Positions 9,259-18,803 of a DNA stretch of 64,000 nt are shown here, one piece after another (positions within the stretch are counted from its first letter, which is position 1; the number at the start of each line of letters is the position of its first letter). Source of the stretch: Anaerolineales bacterium (GTDB lineage: Bacteria > Chloroflexota > Anaerolineae > Anaerolineales > RBG-16-64-43); NCBI GenBank assembly GCA_050010135.1, contig JBEKLP010000001.1, forward strand, positions 15,289 to 79,288. Direction: 5' to 3'. The translations under genes and the position numbers were made by a program. The notes under the pieces are model-generated. The model made no database searches. It was given only the letters and a program-made list of their open reading frames with translations, and was not told where the DNA came from.

Positions 9259-10695
9259 ATGACCGAAGATCGACTTCCCTCGCGCGCCGAGGACTTTTCC
9301 GAATGGTACAACCAGGTTGTGCTGCGCACCGAACTGGCCGATTACGCGCCGGTGCGCGGCTGCATGGTGGTCCGTCCGTACGGCTGGGCGCTGTGGGAAA
9401 ACATCCAAGCTGCGCTGGACAAACGCTTCAAAGCCACGGGCCATGTCAATGCCGCCTTCCCGATGTTCATCCCCAAATCTTTTTTCGAGAAGGAAAAGGA
9501 GCACATCGAGGGCTTCTCGCCGGAACTCGCGGTGGTGACCATCGGCGGCGGCGAGGAACTCGAGGAGCCGCTCGCCATCCGCCCCACGTCCGAGACCATC
9601 ATCGGCCACATGTACGCCAAATGGGTAAAGTCATACCGCGACCTGCCGATCTTGATCAACCTCTGGAACAGCGTGGTGCGCTGGGAAAAACGGACCAAGT
9701 TATTCCTGCGCACGACCGAATTCTACTGGCAGGAGGGGCACACCGCGCATGCCACGGCCGCCGAGGCCGAAGAGGAAACCCGACGTATGCTCGATATCTA
9801 CACCGATTTCGCCGTGAACGAGGCGGCTATCCCGGTGATCCCGGGGGAAAAAAGCGAGAGCGAAAAATTCGCCGGCGCGGTGACGACCTACGCCATCGAG
9901 GCGATGATGGGGGATTGCAAAGCGCTGCAATCCGCCACGTCGCACTATCTAGGACAAAATTTCGCCAAAGCGTTCAACATCCAATATCTCGATGTGCAAA
10001 ACAACCAGCAATTCGCATGGACGACCTCATGGGGGCTTTCCACCCGGATGATCGGCGCGATCATCATGGTCCACGGCGACGATACCGGCCTGATCTTACC
10101 GCCGCGTCTGGCGCCGATCCAGGCGGTGATCGTGCCGATCTGGAAAAAGGAGGGGGAAAGAACCGCCGTATGCGAAAAGGCCCGGCATATCGCGGACGAT
10201 TTGCAAAAAACGCTACGGATTAAATTGGATCTGCGGGAAGGCGTGACGCCCGGGTTTAAATTCAACGATTGGGAAATGCGCGGCGTTCCGCTCCGGATCG
10301 AAATCGGTCCGCGCGATCTGGCCGCGAGTTCGGTCACCCTCTCGCGCCGGGATCGGCCCGGTCGGGAGGGAAAAACAACCGCTGCCTGGGAAGGCCTGGC
10401 TCAAACTTGCCAGCGGACGCTCGAGGAAATCCAGCACAGCCTGCTGGAGCGGGCCGCGCAATTCCGGAAAGACCACACGTTCGATCCCGCCACCTACGAG
10501 GAATTCCAGACAGCGGTGGAAAATGGTTTCGCGCTTTCTTGGTGGTGCGGCGGGTCCGCTTGCGAAACCAAAATCAAGGAAGACACCAAGGCCACCACGC
10601 GCTGCATCCCCTTCGAACAACCCGGCGGCACGGGCCGGTGCATCGTCTGCGGCATGGAAGCGCCGAAGAAGGCCTACTTCGGCAAGGCGTATTAA
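9259..10695 (+). CDS. proS: Prolyl-tRNA synthetase (archaeal/eukaryote-like type)
   Basis: FSEWYNQVVLRTELADYAPVRGCMVVRPYG, class II motifs, and a C-terminal zinc-binding CIVCG tail ending in Y. Start set at the ATG preceded by GGAGGAAA; the ORF-track start is a TTG 66 nt upstream. Confidence 0.9.
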   Translation: MTEDRLPSRAEDFSEWYNQVVLRTELADYAPVRGCMVVRPYGWALWENIQAALDKRFKATGHVNAAFPMFIPKSFFEKEKEHIEGFSPELAVVTIGGGEELEEPLAIRPTSETIIGHMYAKWVKSYRDLPILINLWNSVVRWEKRTKLFLRTTEFYWQEGHTAHATAAEAEEETRRMLDIYTDFAVNEAAIPVIPGEKSESEKFAGAVTTYAIEAMMGDCKALQSATSHYLGQNFAKAFNIQYLDVQNNQQFAWTTSWGLSTRMIGAIIMVHGDDTGLILPPRLAPIQAVIVPIWKKEGERTAVCEKARHIADDLQKTLRIKLDLREGVTPGFKFNDWEMRGVPLRIEIGPRDLAASSVTLSRRDRPGREGKTTAAWEGLAQTCQRTLEEIQHSLLERAAQFRKDHTFDPATYEEFQTAVENGFALSWWCGGSACETKIKEDTKATTRCIPFEQPGGTGRCIVCGMEAPKKAYFGKAY

Positions 10696-10697
10696 TC

Positions 10698-11486
10698 GTG
10701 CCTTCGATCGATCTCGCGCTCCTGCGTTCGCAGGCGATCGAATTGGCCGGCCTTCTGGATGATCCGGCCCTCTTCCGCGCGTCGTTGCGACTTTTAATGG
10801 AAGGGCACGCTCATCGGCTGTTGCGGCGCGGGCGCTCGATGGATCGCCACGGCGCCTTGCAGGCCTGGGACGTTCCCGGCCTGCTGATCCGCGAAGTGGA
10901 AGCCGCGCTGCGGCCTGCCGCCCAAAGCCGGCCGGATTGCGCGCTGGCTGCGGCCGACGCAGTTTGGATGGAAGGAAAACTTGAGGAGAAACTGCTGGCT
11001 GCCTACCTGGCCGGGTTCTCGCGTGGTTCTGCGGATTTACGGGCTCTGCTTCTCCGCTGGCTGGATGGCACCGAAGATCCGACGGTTTTGCAGGCGCTTT
11101 CCATCCACATCTGCCTTCCTCTGGCCGCGGAGAATCCGACCCTCTTCCGTTCCCAACTCCGGGCTTGGATGGAATCCCCCGTCCCTTCCGTGAGGCGATT
11201 CAGTTGGATGTCGCTTTCCGCTTGGCAGGGAGAAAAATCCTCCGAGTCAATTTTCGCATCCTTCGATCTGCTTCCCATGATCTTTTCGGAAACTGATCCG
11301 GAGGCAATCCAATCGGCCGCCGGCATTCTCGCCCGGCTGGCTCAATCCGTTCCGCAGGAAACCCGCGGATGGCTGGAGGATCTGTCGCCGAAAGTTCTTC
11401 GCAGGGGCCGTCCTTTTTTCCGCGCGGCGCTGCCTTCACTATCCCCGGAGTTATCCGCCGTGATCCATCCCCCGCGCCCGGAGTAG
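10698..11486 (+). CDS. Hypothetical alpha-helical (HEAT-like) protein
   Basis: The coding-looking portion of the 405-aa ORF begins at a GTG just after the proS stop. Leu/Ala-rich helical repeats; no family recognised. Confidence 0.45.
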   Translation: MPSIDLALLRSQAIELAGLLDDPALFRASLRLLMEGHAHRLLRRGRSMDRHGALQAWDVPGLLIREVEAALRPAAQSRPDCALAAADAVWMEGKLEEKLLAAYLAGFSRGSADLRALLLRWLDGTEDPTVLQALSIHICLPLAAENPTLFRSQLRAWMESPVPSVRRFSWMSLSAWQGEKSSESIFASFDLLPMIFSETDPEAIQSAAGILARLAQSVPQETRGWLEDLSPKVLRRGRPFFRAALPSLSPELSAVIHPPRPE

Positions 11487-11490
11487 CCTT

Positions 11491-12627
11491 ATGCGCATTG
11501 GCATCCTGGCGGATCTGTATTTGCCGCACATCAGCGGGATAACCGTTTTCGTTTCCCTGTATCAGAAAACCCTCGAGTCCTTCGGCCACGAAGCGCACGT
11601 ATTCACCTTCGGACCTGCGGAACTTCCGGAAGAGGATCTCCGCGTTCATCGAACACCCGGCATTCCCATCGGAAAGACCGGGTTTTATTTCAATCCGCGG
11701 CATACCTCCCGGAACCGCGAATTAATCCGCTCCATGGACCTGCTGCATACGATGCATCCCTTCGTAAGCGGAACGCTGGCTCTCCGCTACCGGCGGGATT
11801 CCTCCACGCCGGTCGTCTTCACCAGCCAGACCAGATACGATCTCTACATCCGGCACTATCTGCCCGCGCCCGCATCGCCCCTGGCCCGCCGGCTGCTCCA
11901 GGCCTACATGCCGGGGTTCTGCCGCCGCTGCGCGCTGGTGATCGCGCCTTCCGTCAGCGGAGAGGCCATGCTGCGCAACCTCGGGGTGAAGAGGAACGTG
12001 GACATTATTCCCAACGCCGTGGATCTTGAATTATTCCATCCGGCGGAGAAATCCAACAAATACCGCATCCGCGCCGTCTATGTGGGCCGCCTGGCCGCCG
12101 AAAAAAATCTCCCCTTCCTGCTACGCGCATTTTCCATCGCCGTCTCCCTGCACCCGAAGTTGGAACTGGTGCTCATCGGCGATGGACCCGAGCGATCGGC
12201 CCTCGAAACCCTCGCCCGTATCCTGCGGATCGCACCGCAGGTGACTTTCCTGGGCGAGCGCCCGCACCGAGAGCTGCCCGCGTTGCTCGCGGAGTCCGAT
12301 TTGTTTCTCACCGCATCGGCCACCGAAGTCCATCCCCTTTCCCTGATCGAGGCCATGGCCGCCGGGTTGCCCGTCGTCGCGATCGGCGGCGAAGGAATTT
12401 CAGAGACGGTCCAGGACGGCGTAAACGGGCTGCTCTCGGAAGACTCGCCCGCAGATTTTGCGGAGAAGATCCGCCGCATCGCAAGCGACCCGGCGCTCGG
12501 CAGGCGTCTCGCGGCGGGAGCCGCGCAGACTGCGCAGGCCTTCGACATCCACCGCGTGACCCGGCAGCATTTGGAAAAATTCGCCTCCCTGCTTTCCGGG
12601 GAAAGGGCGGCGCATGACGCAGGATAA
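11491..12627 (+). CDS. Glycosyltransferase family 4 (GT-B)
   Basis: N-terminal MRIGILADLYLPHISGI, VGRLAAEKN, and an EVHPLSLIEAMAAGLPVVA (EX7E-type) C-terminal motif. Confidence 0.8.
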   Translation: MRIGILADLYLPHISGITVFVSLYQKTLESFGHEAHVFTFGPAELPEEDLRVHRTPGIPIGKTGFYFNPRHTSRNRELIRSMDLLHTMHPFVSGTLALRYRRDSSTPVVFTSQTRYDLYIRHYLPAPASPLARRLLQAYMPGFCRRCALVIAPSVSGEAMLRNLGVKRNVDIIPNAVDLELFHPAEKSNKYRIRAVYVGRLAAEKNLPFLLRAFSIAVSLHPKLELVLIGDGPERSALETLARILRIAPQVTFLGERPHRELPALLAESDLFLTASATEVHPLSLIEAMAAGLPVVAIGGEGISETVQDGVNGLLSEDSPADFAEKIRRIASDPALGRRLAAGAAQTAQAFDIHRVTRQHLEKFASLLSGERAAHDAG

Positions 12628-12982
12628 TAAACTGCTCGGGAAAATGGGGGAGGACGCCGCTGCGAATCACCTCTCCGGCAAGGGATATACAATTCTCGGG
12701 CGCAACGTGCGAACCCCGTCCGGCGAGCTGGATCTGGTGGCACAGGCCGGAGAATTTCTCGTCTTCGTCGAAGTCAAAGCCCGGCGCGGACGAAGCCATG
12801 GATTGCCGGAGGAGGCGATAACTCGGCGGAAGAAAAAACATCTGTTGGAATCGGCGCAGTATTACCTGCAGGAAACCGGGCGAATGGATAAACCCTGGCG
12901 GATCGACGTGGTGGCGATTGAATATGGCCGGACGGGAACGCTGGAACGAGTCGAGGTCTTCGAAAATGCCGTCAGCGGATAA
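12614..12982 (+). CDS. YraN family (UPF0102) endonuclease-like protein
   Basis: GEDAAANHLSGKGYTILGRNVRTPSGELDLVA...LVFVEVKAR is the typical YraN PD-(D/E)xK core. Confidence 0.8.
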   Translation: MTQDNKLLGKMGEDAAANHLSGKGYTILGRNVRTPSGELDLVAQAGEFLVFVEVKARRGRSHGLPEEAITRRKKKHLLESAQYYLQETGRMDKPWRIDVVAIEYGRTGTLERVEVFENAVSG

Positions 12983-13898
12983 AAGCCCGGTGGTGTTTCT
13001 TGTCGGCCCCACGGGCGCGGGTAAGAGCGCGCTGGCCGTCGCGCTCGCGCAGCGATTGAACGGCGAGATCGTCTCCGCCGACAGCCGGCTGCTCTACCGC
13101 GGGTTCGACATCGGCACGGACAAACCCTCTTCCTCCGTGCGATCCCTCGCGCCGCATCATCTGATCGACGTAACCGATTCGGATCAGCCCTGGAGCCTGG
13201 CGGAATACCAGGCGGCCGCGATGGAATGCATCGCGGAAATCCAGGCCCGCGGTAAGCTGCCGTTTTGCGTGGGAGGAACGGGCCAGTATATTTTTGCGCT
13301 TCTGGAAGGATGGGACATCCCGCCCGCCGCCCCTTCGCCGGAATTGCGCGTCCGGCTCGAGGAACGGGCCGCCGCGGAAGGGCTCGCCGCACTAAATGAC
13401 GAACTCGCGCGGCTCGATCCGGCCGCGGCGGCGGCGATCGATCCGAAGAACCCGCGTCGCGTGATCCGCGCGCTCGAGGTTGTTCTTTCCACCGGCAAAT
13501 TATTTTCGGCGCAACGGACGCGCCGGGAGGTCCCATACCGGCCGTTCCTGATTGGGGTAAGCCGGCCGCGGCCGGAGTTATATGCCCTTGCGGACGCCCG
13601 CATCGACCGGATGTTCCAAGCCGGCTGGGTGGAAGAAGTCAGGACATTGCTGCAGAAAGGATATTCTCCGCGCCTGCCTGCATTCAGTGCGTTGGGGTAT
13701 GGTTCAATCGTGCGCCACCTTCAGGGTAAACTCACCATCGAGGAATGCACCGCCGAAATCCGCCGGTCGACGCGCATTTTGATCCGGCATCAGGCCAACT
13801 GGTTCCGCGCCGACAATCCGCAAATCCACTGGCTGTCCGCCGGTCCGGATCTAGAGGATCAGGCGCAGCAACTCGTTCGTCTTGGCGCGACCGCTTGA
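12966..13898 (+). CDS. miaA: tRNA dimethylallyltransferase
   Basis: VVFLVGPTGAGKSALAVALA P-loop, SADSRLLYRGFDIGTDKP, and a collinear MiaA body. Start set at MPSADKSP. Confidence 0.9.
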   Translation: MPSADKSPVVFLVGPTGAGKSALAVALAQRLNGEIVSADSRLLYRGFDIGTDKPSSSVRSLAPHHLIDVTDSDQPWSLAEYQAAAMECIAEIQARGKLPFCVGGTGQYIFALLEGWDIPPAAPSPELRVRLEERAAAEGLAALNDELARLDPAAAAAIDPKNPRRVIRALEVVLSTGKLFSAQRTRREVPYRPFLIGVSRPRPELYALADARIDRMFQAGWVEEVRTLLQKGYSPRLPAFSALGYGSIVRHLQGKLTIEECTAEIRRSTRILIRHQANWFRADNPQIHWLSAGPDLEDQAQQLVRLGATA

Positions 13899-13942
13899 TT
13901 TTTGCACTAGCCGATCATGGAGTTGTACGGGGTGAGGAAGTG

Positions 13943-14593
13943 TCAGACATTTCCCCGGAATTCCGATTTTCTATTTATACGAAACCCGCATTTACATTGG
14001 ATAACGCCGTCCTTGTCGGCAAGGAGATTTCCCAAATCTCTTCCGCACCGGGGGCAGCGCGAGGAGAATAACATCTGCAGCCGCTGGGCGATGGAACGCC
14101 GGTACACCGCATACATGGCGTCCACCCTTTTCTTGTACCACTCCCAAAGTCCGCGCACGCCTTGCGGAACAAGCACAGCCGCGGCCAGAACCCCGATCAC
14201 AATCGACGCCGCCAGAGCGTTCCCCACCAGCAAGCTTAGGCCATAGTGGGCCGCCCCCACGAGCAAGAAGAGCATCGCCACCGTCAGGATTTTTCCGACT
14301 CCGGCCATGAAACGCGTGAGTACGGGAACAGGGCTCCAGTATTTGCTAAAAACCCCCTGAAGATCGTCCTGCATTTCCTCCAGGGAAATCTCCTGGTCGG
14401 CAACCCGCCTGGCTTGCGACGCGATGTGATAATACTTCCCGTATACCGGAAGAACACGCCCTTTATTTCGATCTTCCCAGCCGATTAGTTCAGTAAAAAC
14501 CCAGGATGAAGATTTTTTCTCCCTGCGTTGGGTTTCCAATAACGTTTCGGTTTCCTGCATTACATCTTCCGGCGTATAGGGAAGAAAAAACAT
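13943..14593 (-). CDS. Hypothetical membrane protein with C-terminal zinc-ribbon
   Basis: Two central hydrophobic helices and a C-terminal CPRCG...CKCG pair. No family recognised. Confidence 0.45.
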   Translation of the reverse strand: MFFLPYTPEDVMQETETLLETQRREKKSSSWVFTELIGWEDRNKGRVLPVYGKYYHIASQARRVADQEISLEEMQDDLQGVFSKYWSPVPVLTRFMAGVGKILTVAMLFLLVGAAHYGLSLLVGNALAASIVIGVLAAAVLVPQGVRGLWEWYKKRVDAMYAVYRRSIAQRLQMLFSSRCPRCGRDLGNLLADKDGVIQCKCGFRINRKSEFRGNV

Positions 14594-14883
14594 GCTCCGA
14601 CCGCGTCCCCTTTCTACACAACGGCATTCAGCAGGTGAAATGTGGCGTCTAAAAACGAGCCAATGCCGGTTCTCTCGATTTAAATTTTCGGAAGAATTTC
14701 TTATTCGGGAGGACCATTAATCAGGCCGACTTCTCAATCCGGCAATGAATAGCGGTGGAATAAGGAAATCCGCTCGATCCCACGTCCCATTACTTTATAC
14801 GCGAAATGGCGTGTAATTTTCAACCCTCCCAAGGACGGAAAATCCCCTGGGACTTAAAAGCCGCTGAAATAAACCCTTCTCCT

Positions 14884-15372
14884 TCAGCCTCCGGAGACTT
14901 TTTTTACAGAACCTTTATCGGCTTCCGGTTTGGCGAAGAGGGAGAGGTACTTGCCATATCCCTCGGCTTCCAGGTTCTCGACCGGGATGAACCGTAGCGA
15001 ACCGGAATTCATGCAATAGCGCTTTCCCGTCGGTTTAGGTCCGTCGTCGAACACATGCCCCAAGTGCGAATCCGCATTCCGGGATCGCACCTCGGTTCGC
15101 TCGATTCCTATTTCACGGTCGATATGAAAAGTGAGATTCGCGGGTTCGAGCGGTTTGAAAAAACTCGGCCAACCGGTTCCGGAGTCGTATTTTTCCAGAG
15201 AACTGAAGAGCGGCTCGCCGGAAACAACATCCACATAGATCCCAGGCTGCTTGTTGTTCCAATAGGTGTTCTGGAACGGCGGCTCGGTAAGCGAGCACTG
15301 GGTAATCTGATATTGATCGGGCGTCAGACGCTGACGTATTTCCTCATCCGAGGGTTTCTTATATTCAGCCAT
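14884..15372 (-). CDS. msrB: Peptide-methionine (R)-S-oxide reductase
   Basis: [26 protein letters not shown] and [21 protein letters not shown]...RYCMNS are the MsrB signature. Start at the ATG 6 nt after GGAGG. Confidence 0.9.
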   Translation of the reverse strand: MAEYKKPSDEEIRQRLTPDQYQITQCSLTEPPFQNTYWNNKQPGIYVDVVSGEPLFSSLEKYDSGTGWPSFFKPLEPANLTFHIDREIGIERTEVRSRNADSHLGHVFDDGPKPTGKRYCMNSGSLRFIPVENLEAEGYGKYLSLFAKPEADKGSVKKVSGG

Positions 15373-15698
15373 GGCAACCTCCATTAAATAGAAGAGTTGA
15401 TATCGATTTAAGTCTTTCCTGCGGATTATTAATCCAGCTCAGGATCCAATAAATATTATATATCTAATCCATTTTATCTATATTAACATTTGATTTTTTT
15501 TATCACTATCTCTCGTGGAAATCCCAGATTATCGGGCAAAATATTAATCAAATTATCCGAGGTAATGGCCAACTCCCGCACCGTAAGTCAGAAAATGCTT
15601 CCCCGGGTCAGCGTAAATCGGGATCATCAGCAGGAACACCGACAATATTTCAAGGCCCATCTTCCAGTCCCCGCGGGAGAGCCAAGTCACAAGGATCC

Positions 15699-16517
15699 TC
15701 ACCGTACATTCCTTTCCATCCCCCATCGGCCAATGCGCTGCACCGCCAGAACCGTTACCGCCAACGCCAATGCCGTTGCGGCCGCCTGCGCGGGAGCCTG
15801 CCAGAAAACCAAGCGTGCATCGGCGAGCATCCGCCCCCATTCGGCGGCCGAAGGCGAACCGCCGAAACCCAGGAACGTAAGCGATGCGGCGTTCACGATC
15901 GCCCACCCGAAATGCAATGCGCCGTAAACGGACAGCGGGCCGGCGATGTTCGGAAGCAGATGCGATCTCACCATCCGGATTCCGCCCGCGGCCAGGGCGC
16001 GCGAAGCGAGAAAATATTCGCGGTTGCGGATCTGCACCGCCTCGGCCCGCACCAACCGCGCGAAGGTGGCGGCTCCACCCACCCCCACCGCGATTGCCAC
16101 CGCCATCTCCCCGGGCCCGAGGGCGGCCAAGATCACCAACGCCAGGATCAGCGCCGGCACCGAGAGAGCCACATCCATCATGCGATTAAGCACCCGGTCG
16201 ATCCATCCTCCGGACACCCCGGCTGCCATCCCCCAGGTTGCACCCAACAGAATCGAAAGGCACGTCGCGGCCGTCGCGACCGCCAGCGTGGGAATTCCTC
16301 CGGCAAGCAGCCGCCATCCAAAATCCCGGCCCAGCAAATCCGTTCCCAGCCAATGCTGCCAGGAGGGCGATTGCAGCGGTACGGTTTGCGCCGGAACGGG
16401 AAACAGCGCGGTCCAGATCCCGCCGGCGACAATCACCAGAAGCCAGAAGAGCGCGGCCCGCGGGATATCGCGGCGCTCGGAAAGCAGACTTGGGCTCAAC
16501 GTTCCAGCTTGGTTCAT
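15699..16517 (-). CDS. ABC transporter permease (DppC/OppC-like)
   Basis: A multi-TM body matching the DppC/OppC-type permease family. Start set at MNQAGT, giving an ATGA overlap with the upstream permease. Confidence 0.8.
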   Translation of the reverse strand: MNQAGTLSPSLLSERRDIPRAALFWLLVIVAGGIWTALFPVPAQTVPLQSPSWQHWLGTDLLGRDFGWRLLAGGIPTLAVATAATCLSILLGATWGMAAGVSGGWIDRVLNRMMDVALSVPALILALVILAALGPGEMAVAIAVGVGGAATFARLVRAEAVQIRNREYFLASRALAAGGIRMVRSHLLPNIAGPLSVYGALHFGWAIVNAASLTFLGFGGSPSAAEWGRMLADARLVFWQAPAQAAATALALAVTVLAVQRIGRWGMERNVR

Positions 16518-17446
16518 CGCCCCTCCCGCAGGCGCGGATCCAAAGCGGCAGCCGCGAAGTCCGCGACGATCCCAAAGAATACATACCCCAGGGCCGCCAG
16601 CGCCAGCACCGCCTGCACCACCGGATAGTCTCCGCGCAAAATCGCATCCACCAGCATCCGTCCCAGCCCGGGCCGGGCGAAGACCACCTCGGTGATCATT
16701 GTTCCACCCAGGAGGAAGGCGGCTTCCATTCCTGCCAGCGCAAGCAGGGGCGCCAGGTACGCGCGCAGCAATCTCCAATCAAAACGGATGCCGCGCGGAA
16801 AACCGTGGGCCTGCATGGCGAGGCGGAACGGTTCGCCGCGCGATTGGCGGATGGACGATTCGGTTGCGCGCCCGATACTGCATCCGACGGTGACGGCTAA
16901 AGCCGCCGCCGGCATCAGCAGCCGCACCGCGGCGCGGAGCGGCTCCGCGACTACCGCCGAGAGCAAAGGCACCGACGCCCACAGAAGAATCAATCCGGAC
17001 CAGGCGACCGGCGTGGCCGCGCCGATCGCGAGCAGCGGGGCGGTAATGCGTCCGATCCTCCCCCGCGTTCCGTGTTCGTCTCGGCGCGAGGCGATCGCGC
17101 CGAAGGCGATCCCAAAAATCACCGAAAGCAGCCAAGCGACGACCGCCAGCGGTACGGTATACCCGGCGGCCTCGGCGATCATCCCGGCCACGTCCTGACC
17201 GCTGAAGATCGACCGCCCCAGATCGCCGCGCGTTATGCCGCTGAGATAGTCCGCATACTGCGCGAGCAGCGGCCGGTCCAATCCGAGCGAACGGCGCATG
17301 TCCGCCGCCTGCTGCCTGGTCGCCAGACCCTGCGAGAGCAACGCGGCCATCGGGTCAACGCGCCCGAGCCGCAACGCGAAGAATGCGAGGGTGGCCACGG
17401 CCCAAACCACGATCAGGCCCTCCAGCAGACGTCTCAGAAATGACAT
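16514..17446 (-). CDS. ABC transporter permease (DppB/OppB-like)
   Basis: MSFLRRLLEGLIVVWAVATLAFFALRL N-terminus is typical of DppB-type permeases, followed by six hydrophobic segments. No ATPase or binding-protein gene is adjacent. Confidence 0.8.
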   Translation of the reverse strand: MSFLRRLLEGLIVVWAVATLAFFALRLGRVDPMAALLSQGLATRQQAADMRRSLGLDRPLLAQYADYLSGITRGDLGRSIFSGQDVAGMIAEAAGYTVPLAVVAWLLSVIFGIAFGAIASRRDEHGTRGRIGRITAPLLAIGAATPVAWSGLILLWASVPLLSAVVAEPLRAAVRLLMPAAALAVTVGCSIGRATESSIRQSRGEPFRLAMQAHGFPRGIRFDWRLLRAYLAPLLALAGMEAAFLLGGTMITEVVFARPGLGRMLVDAILRGDYPVVQAVLALAALGYVFFGIVADFAAAALDPRLREGR

Positions 17447-17520
17447 GCCGAATATTGTACCCAACTCCGCAACGGCCGGAATACCGGAGGGATATAATTG
17501 CCCATTGCCCGGGAGAGGAA

Positions 17521-18330
17521 ATGGCCGATCCACTGCGCAAGATTGAAATTCAGCTCGAGAATCTCTTCGAAAAGAGAACCGGCACATTGTCCGCCCAGTC
17601 GATGCACACCGGGAAGATCCTCGCGCGCCTGATCGAAACGCTCGAGGAAAGCGCCCGGCCGGGGCCCGAAGGACGCTGGATTGCCCCGAACGTTTTCCAC
17701 TTAGCGTTTGGGAAGCGAATCTCGCAGAGCGCCTCTTCCATTCCGGACCTGAAGGTTCTGTTGACGGCCAAGGTGGAGGAACACATCAAGCAAAGCGAGA
17801 TGATCTTGCTTCATCCAATCCGGATCGAATGGGAAACCGATCCTTCCCTGCGCGAGGAAAGCATTCGCGCCAAGGCGGAAATTTTCCATTCCGGCGAGGA
17901 AAGCACGGATGCCTTTCCCTCCGAGCCTCATCCGGCCATCACGCTGCCGCGCGGCGCGTTTCTAATCGTCAACGGGCGGCGCCACGTTGCGCTCAACCGG
18001 CCGGTAATTAACATCGGCCGCCAACTCGACAACCACCTGGTGCTGGACGATACACTGGTCAGCCGCCGGCACGCGCAATTGCGGGCCCGCGAGGGGCAGT
18101 ATTTGCTCACCGACCTGGGATCCAAACACGGGATCCGGGTGAATAACATCACCGTCCACGAGTGGGTGCTGCAACCCGGGGATGTGTTTCGCCTGGGCAA
18201 GACCGAACTTATCTACGGCGACGAGCGCGAAGAAAGCATCACCCAGCCGATCCGGCCGGAGAATGCGCCTACCGCCCCGCCCGATCACCCCGCACCCGCC
18301 CCCGCCGGAGAGGAAGGAACGCCCGGATGA
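17521..18330 (+). CDS. FhaA-like FHA-domain protein (DUF3662 N-terminus + FHA)
   Basis: C-terminal FHA core INIGRQLDNHLVLDDTLVSRRHAQL...LTDLGSKHGIRVNN. N-terminus MADPLRKIEIQLENLFE resembles FhaA. Confidence 0.75.
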   Translation: MADPLRKIEIQLENLFEKRTGTLSAQSMHTGKILARLIETLEESARPGPEGRWIAPNVFHLAFGKRISQSASSIPDLKVLLTAKVEEHIKQSEMILLHPIRIEWETDPSLREESIRAKAEIFHSGEESTDAFPSEPHPAITLPRGAFLIVNGRRHVALNRPVINIGRQLDNHLVLDDTLVSRRHAQLRAREGQYLLTDLGSKHGIRVNNITVHEWVLQPGDVFRLGKTELIYGDEREESITQPIRPENAPTAPPDHPAPAPAGEEGTPG

Positions 18331-18803
18331 GCGCGTCGATCCTGATGCTCTCGGCCCGCATCGCGCTCGCCGCTTGTCTGTATGCATTCCTGACGCTGAT
18401 CCTGATCGTCCTTTGGCGCGATCTGCGCGCGGCGCGTTCCTTCGGTGCCGCCCGGGGCCGGCGTCCGGTCCTGCAAAGGATTCGCGATGACGGCACGCCG
18501 TCCCAACAGTTTTCCCTGTCGAAGGATTCCTGCTTGATCGGACGATCCTCCAGCGTGGAGATCCCCCTCGCCGACGAGACCGTATCCGCGGTGCACGCAC
18601 GGGTATGGAAGGAAGGCGACCGTTGGTGGCTGGAGGATCTCGACTCCCGCAATGGAACGTTTCTCAACCAAATTCCGGTGGCCAAAAGTGCGGTCCTGTG
18701 CTCGGGTGACCGGATCCGTACCGGCCGCGTCCTGCTGGAATTCCGCGCCGTGGATTCCGTAACGACCCCCAATCCTCCGCCTCCCGCGGAACTGCCCGCA
18801 TGA
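18327..18803 (+). CDS. FhaB/FipA-like membrane-anchored FHA-domain protein
   Basis: N-terminal TM helix followed by the FHA core CLIGRSSSVEIPLADETVSAVHARV...LEDLDSRNGTFLN. ATGA overlap with the upstream gene. Confidence 0.75.
   Translation: MSASILMLSARIALAACLYAFLTLILIVLWRDLRAARSFGAARGRRPVLQRIRDDGTPSQQFSLSKDSCLIGRSSSVEIPLADETVSAVHARVWKEGDRWWLEDLDSRNGTFLNQIPVAKSAVLCSGDRIRTGRVLLEFRAVDSVTTPNPPPPAELPA

Noticed and set aside
15553-15660. 35-aa hydrophobic mini-ORF just downstream of the ABC permease
   Set aside because: It is plausible as a small membrane peptide, but there is no RBS or conservation evidence. It is too short to support from sequence alone.
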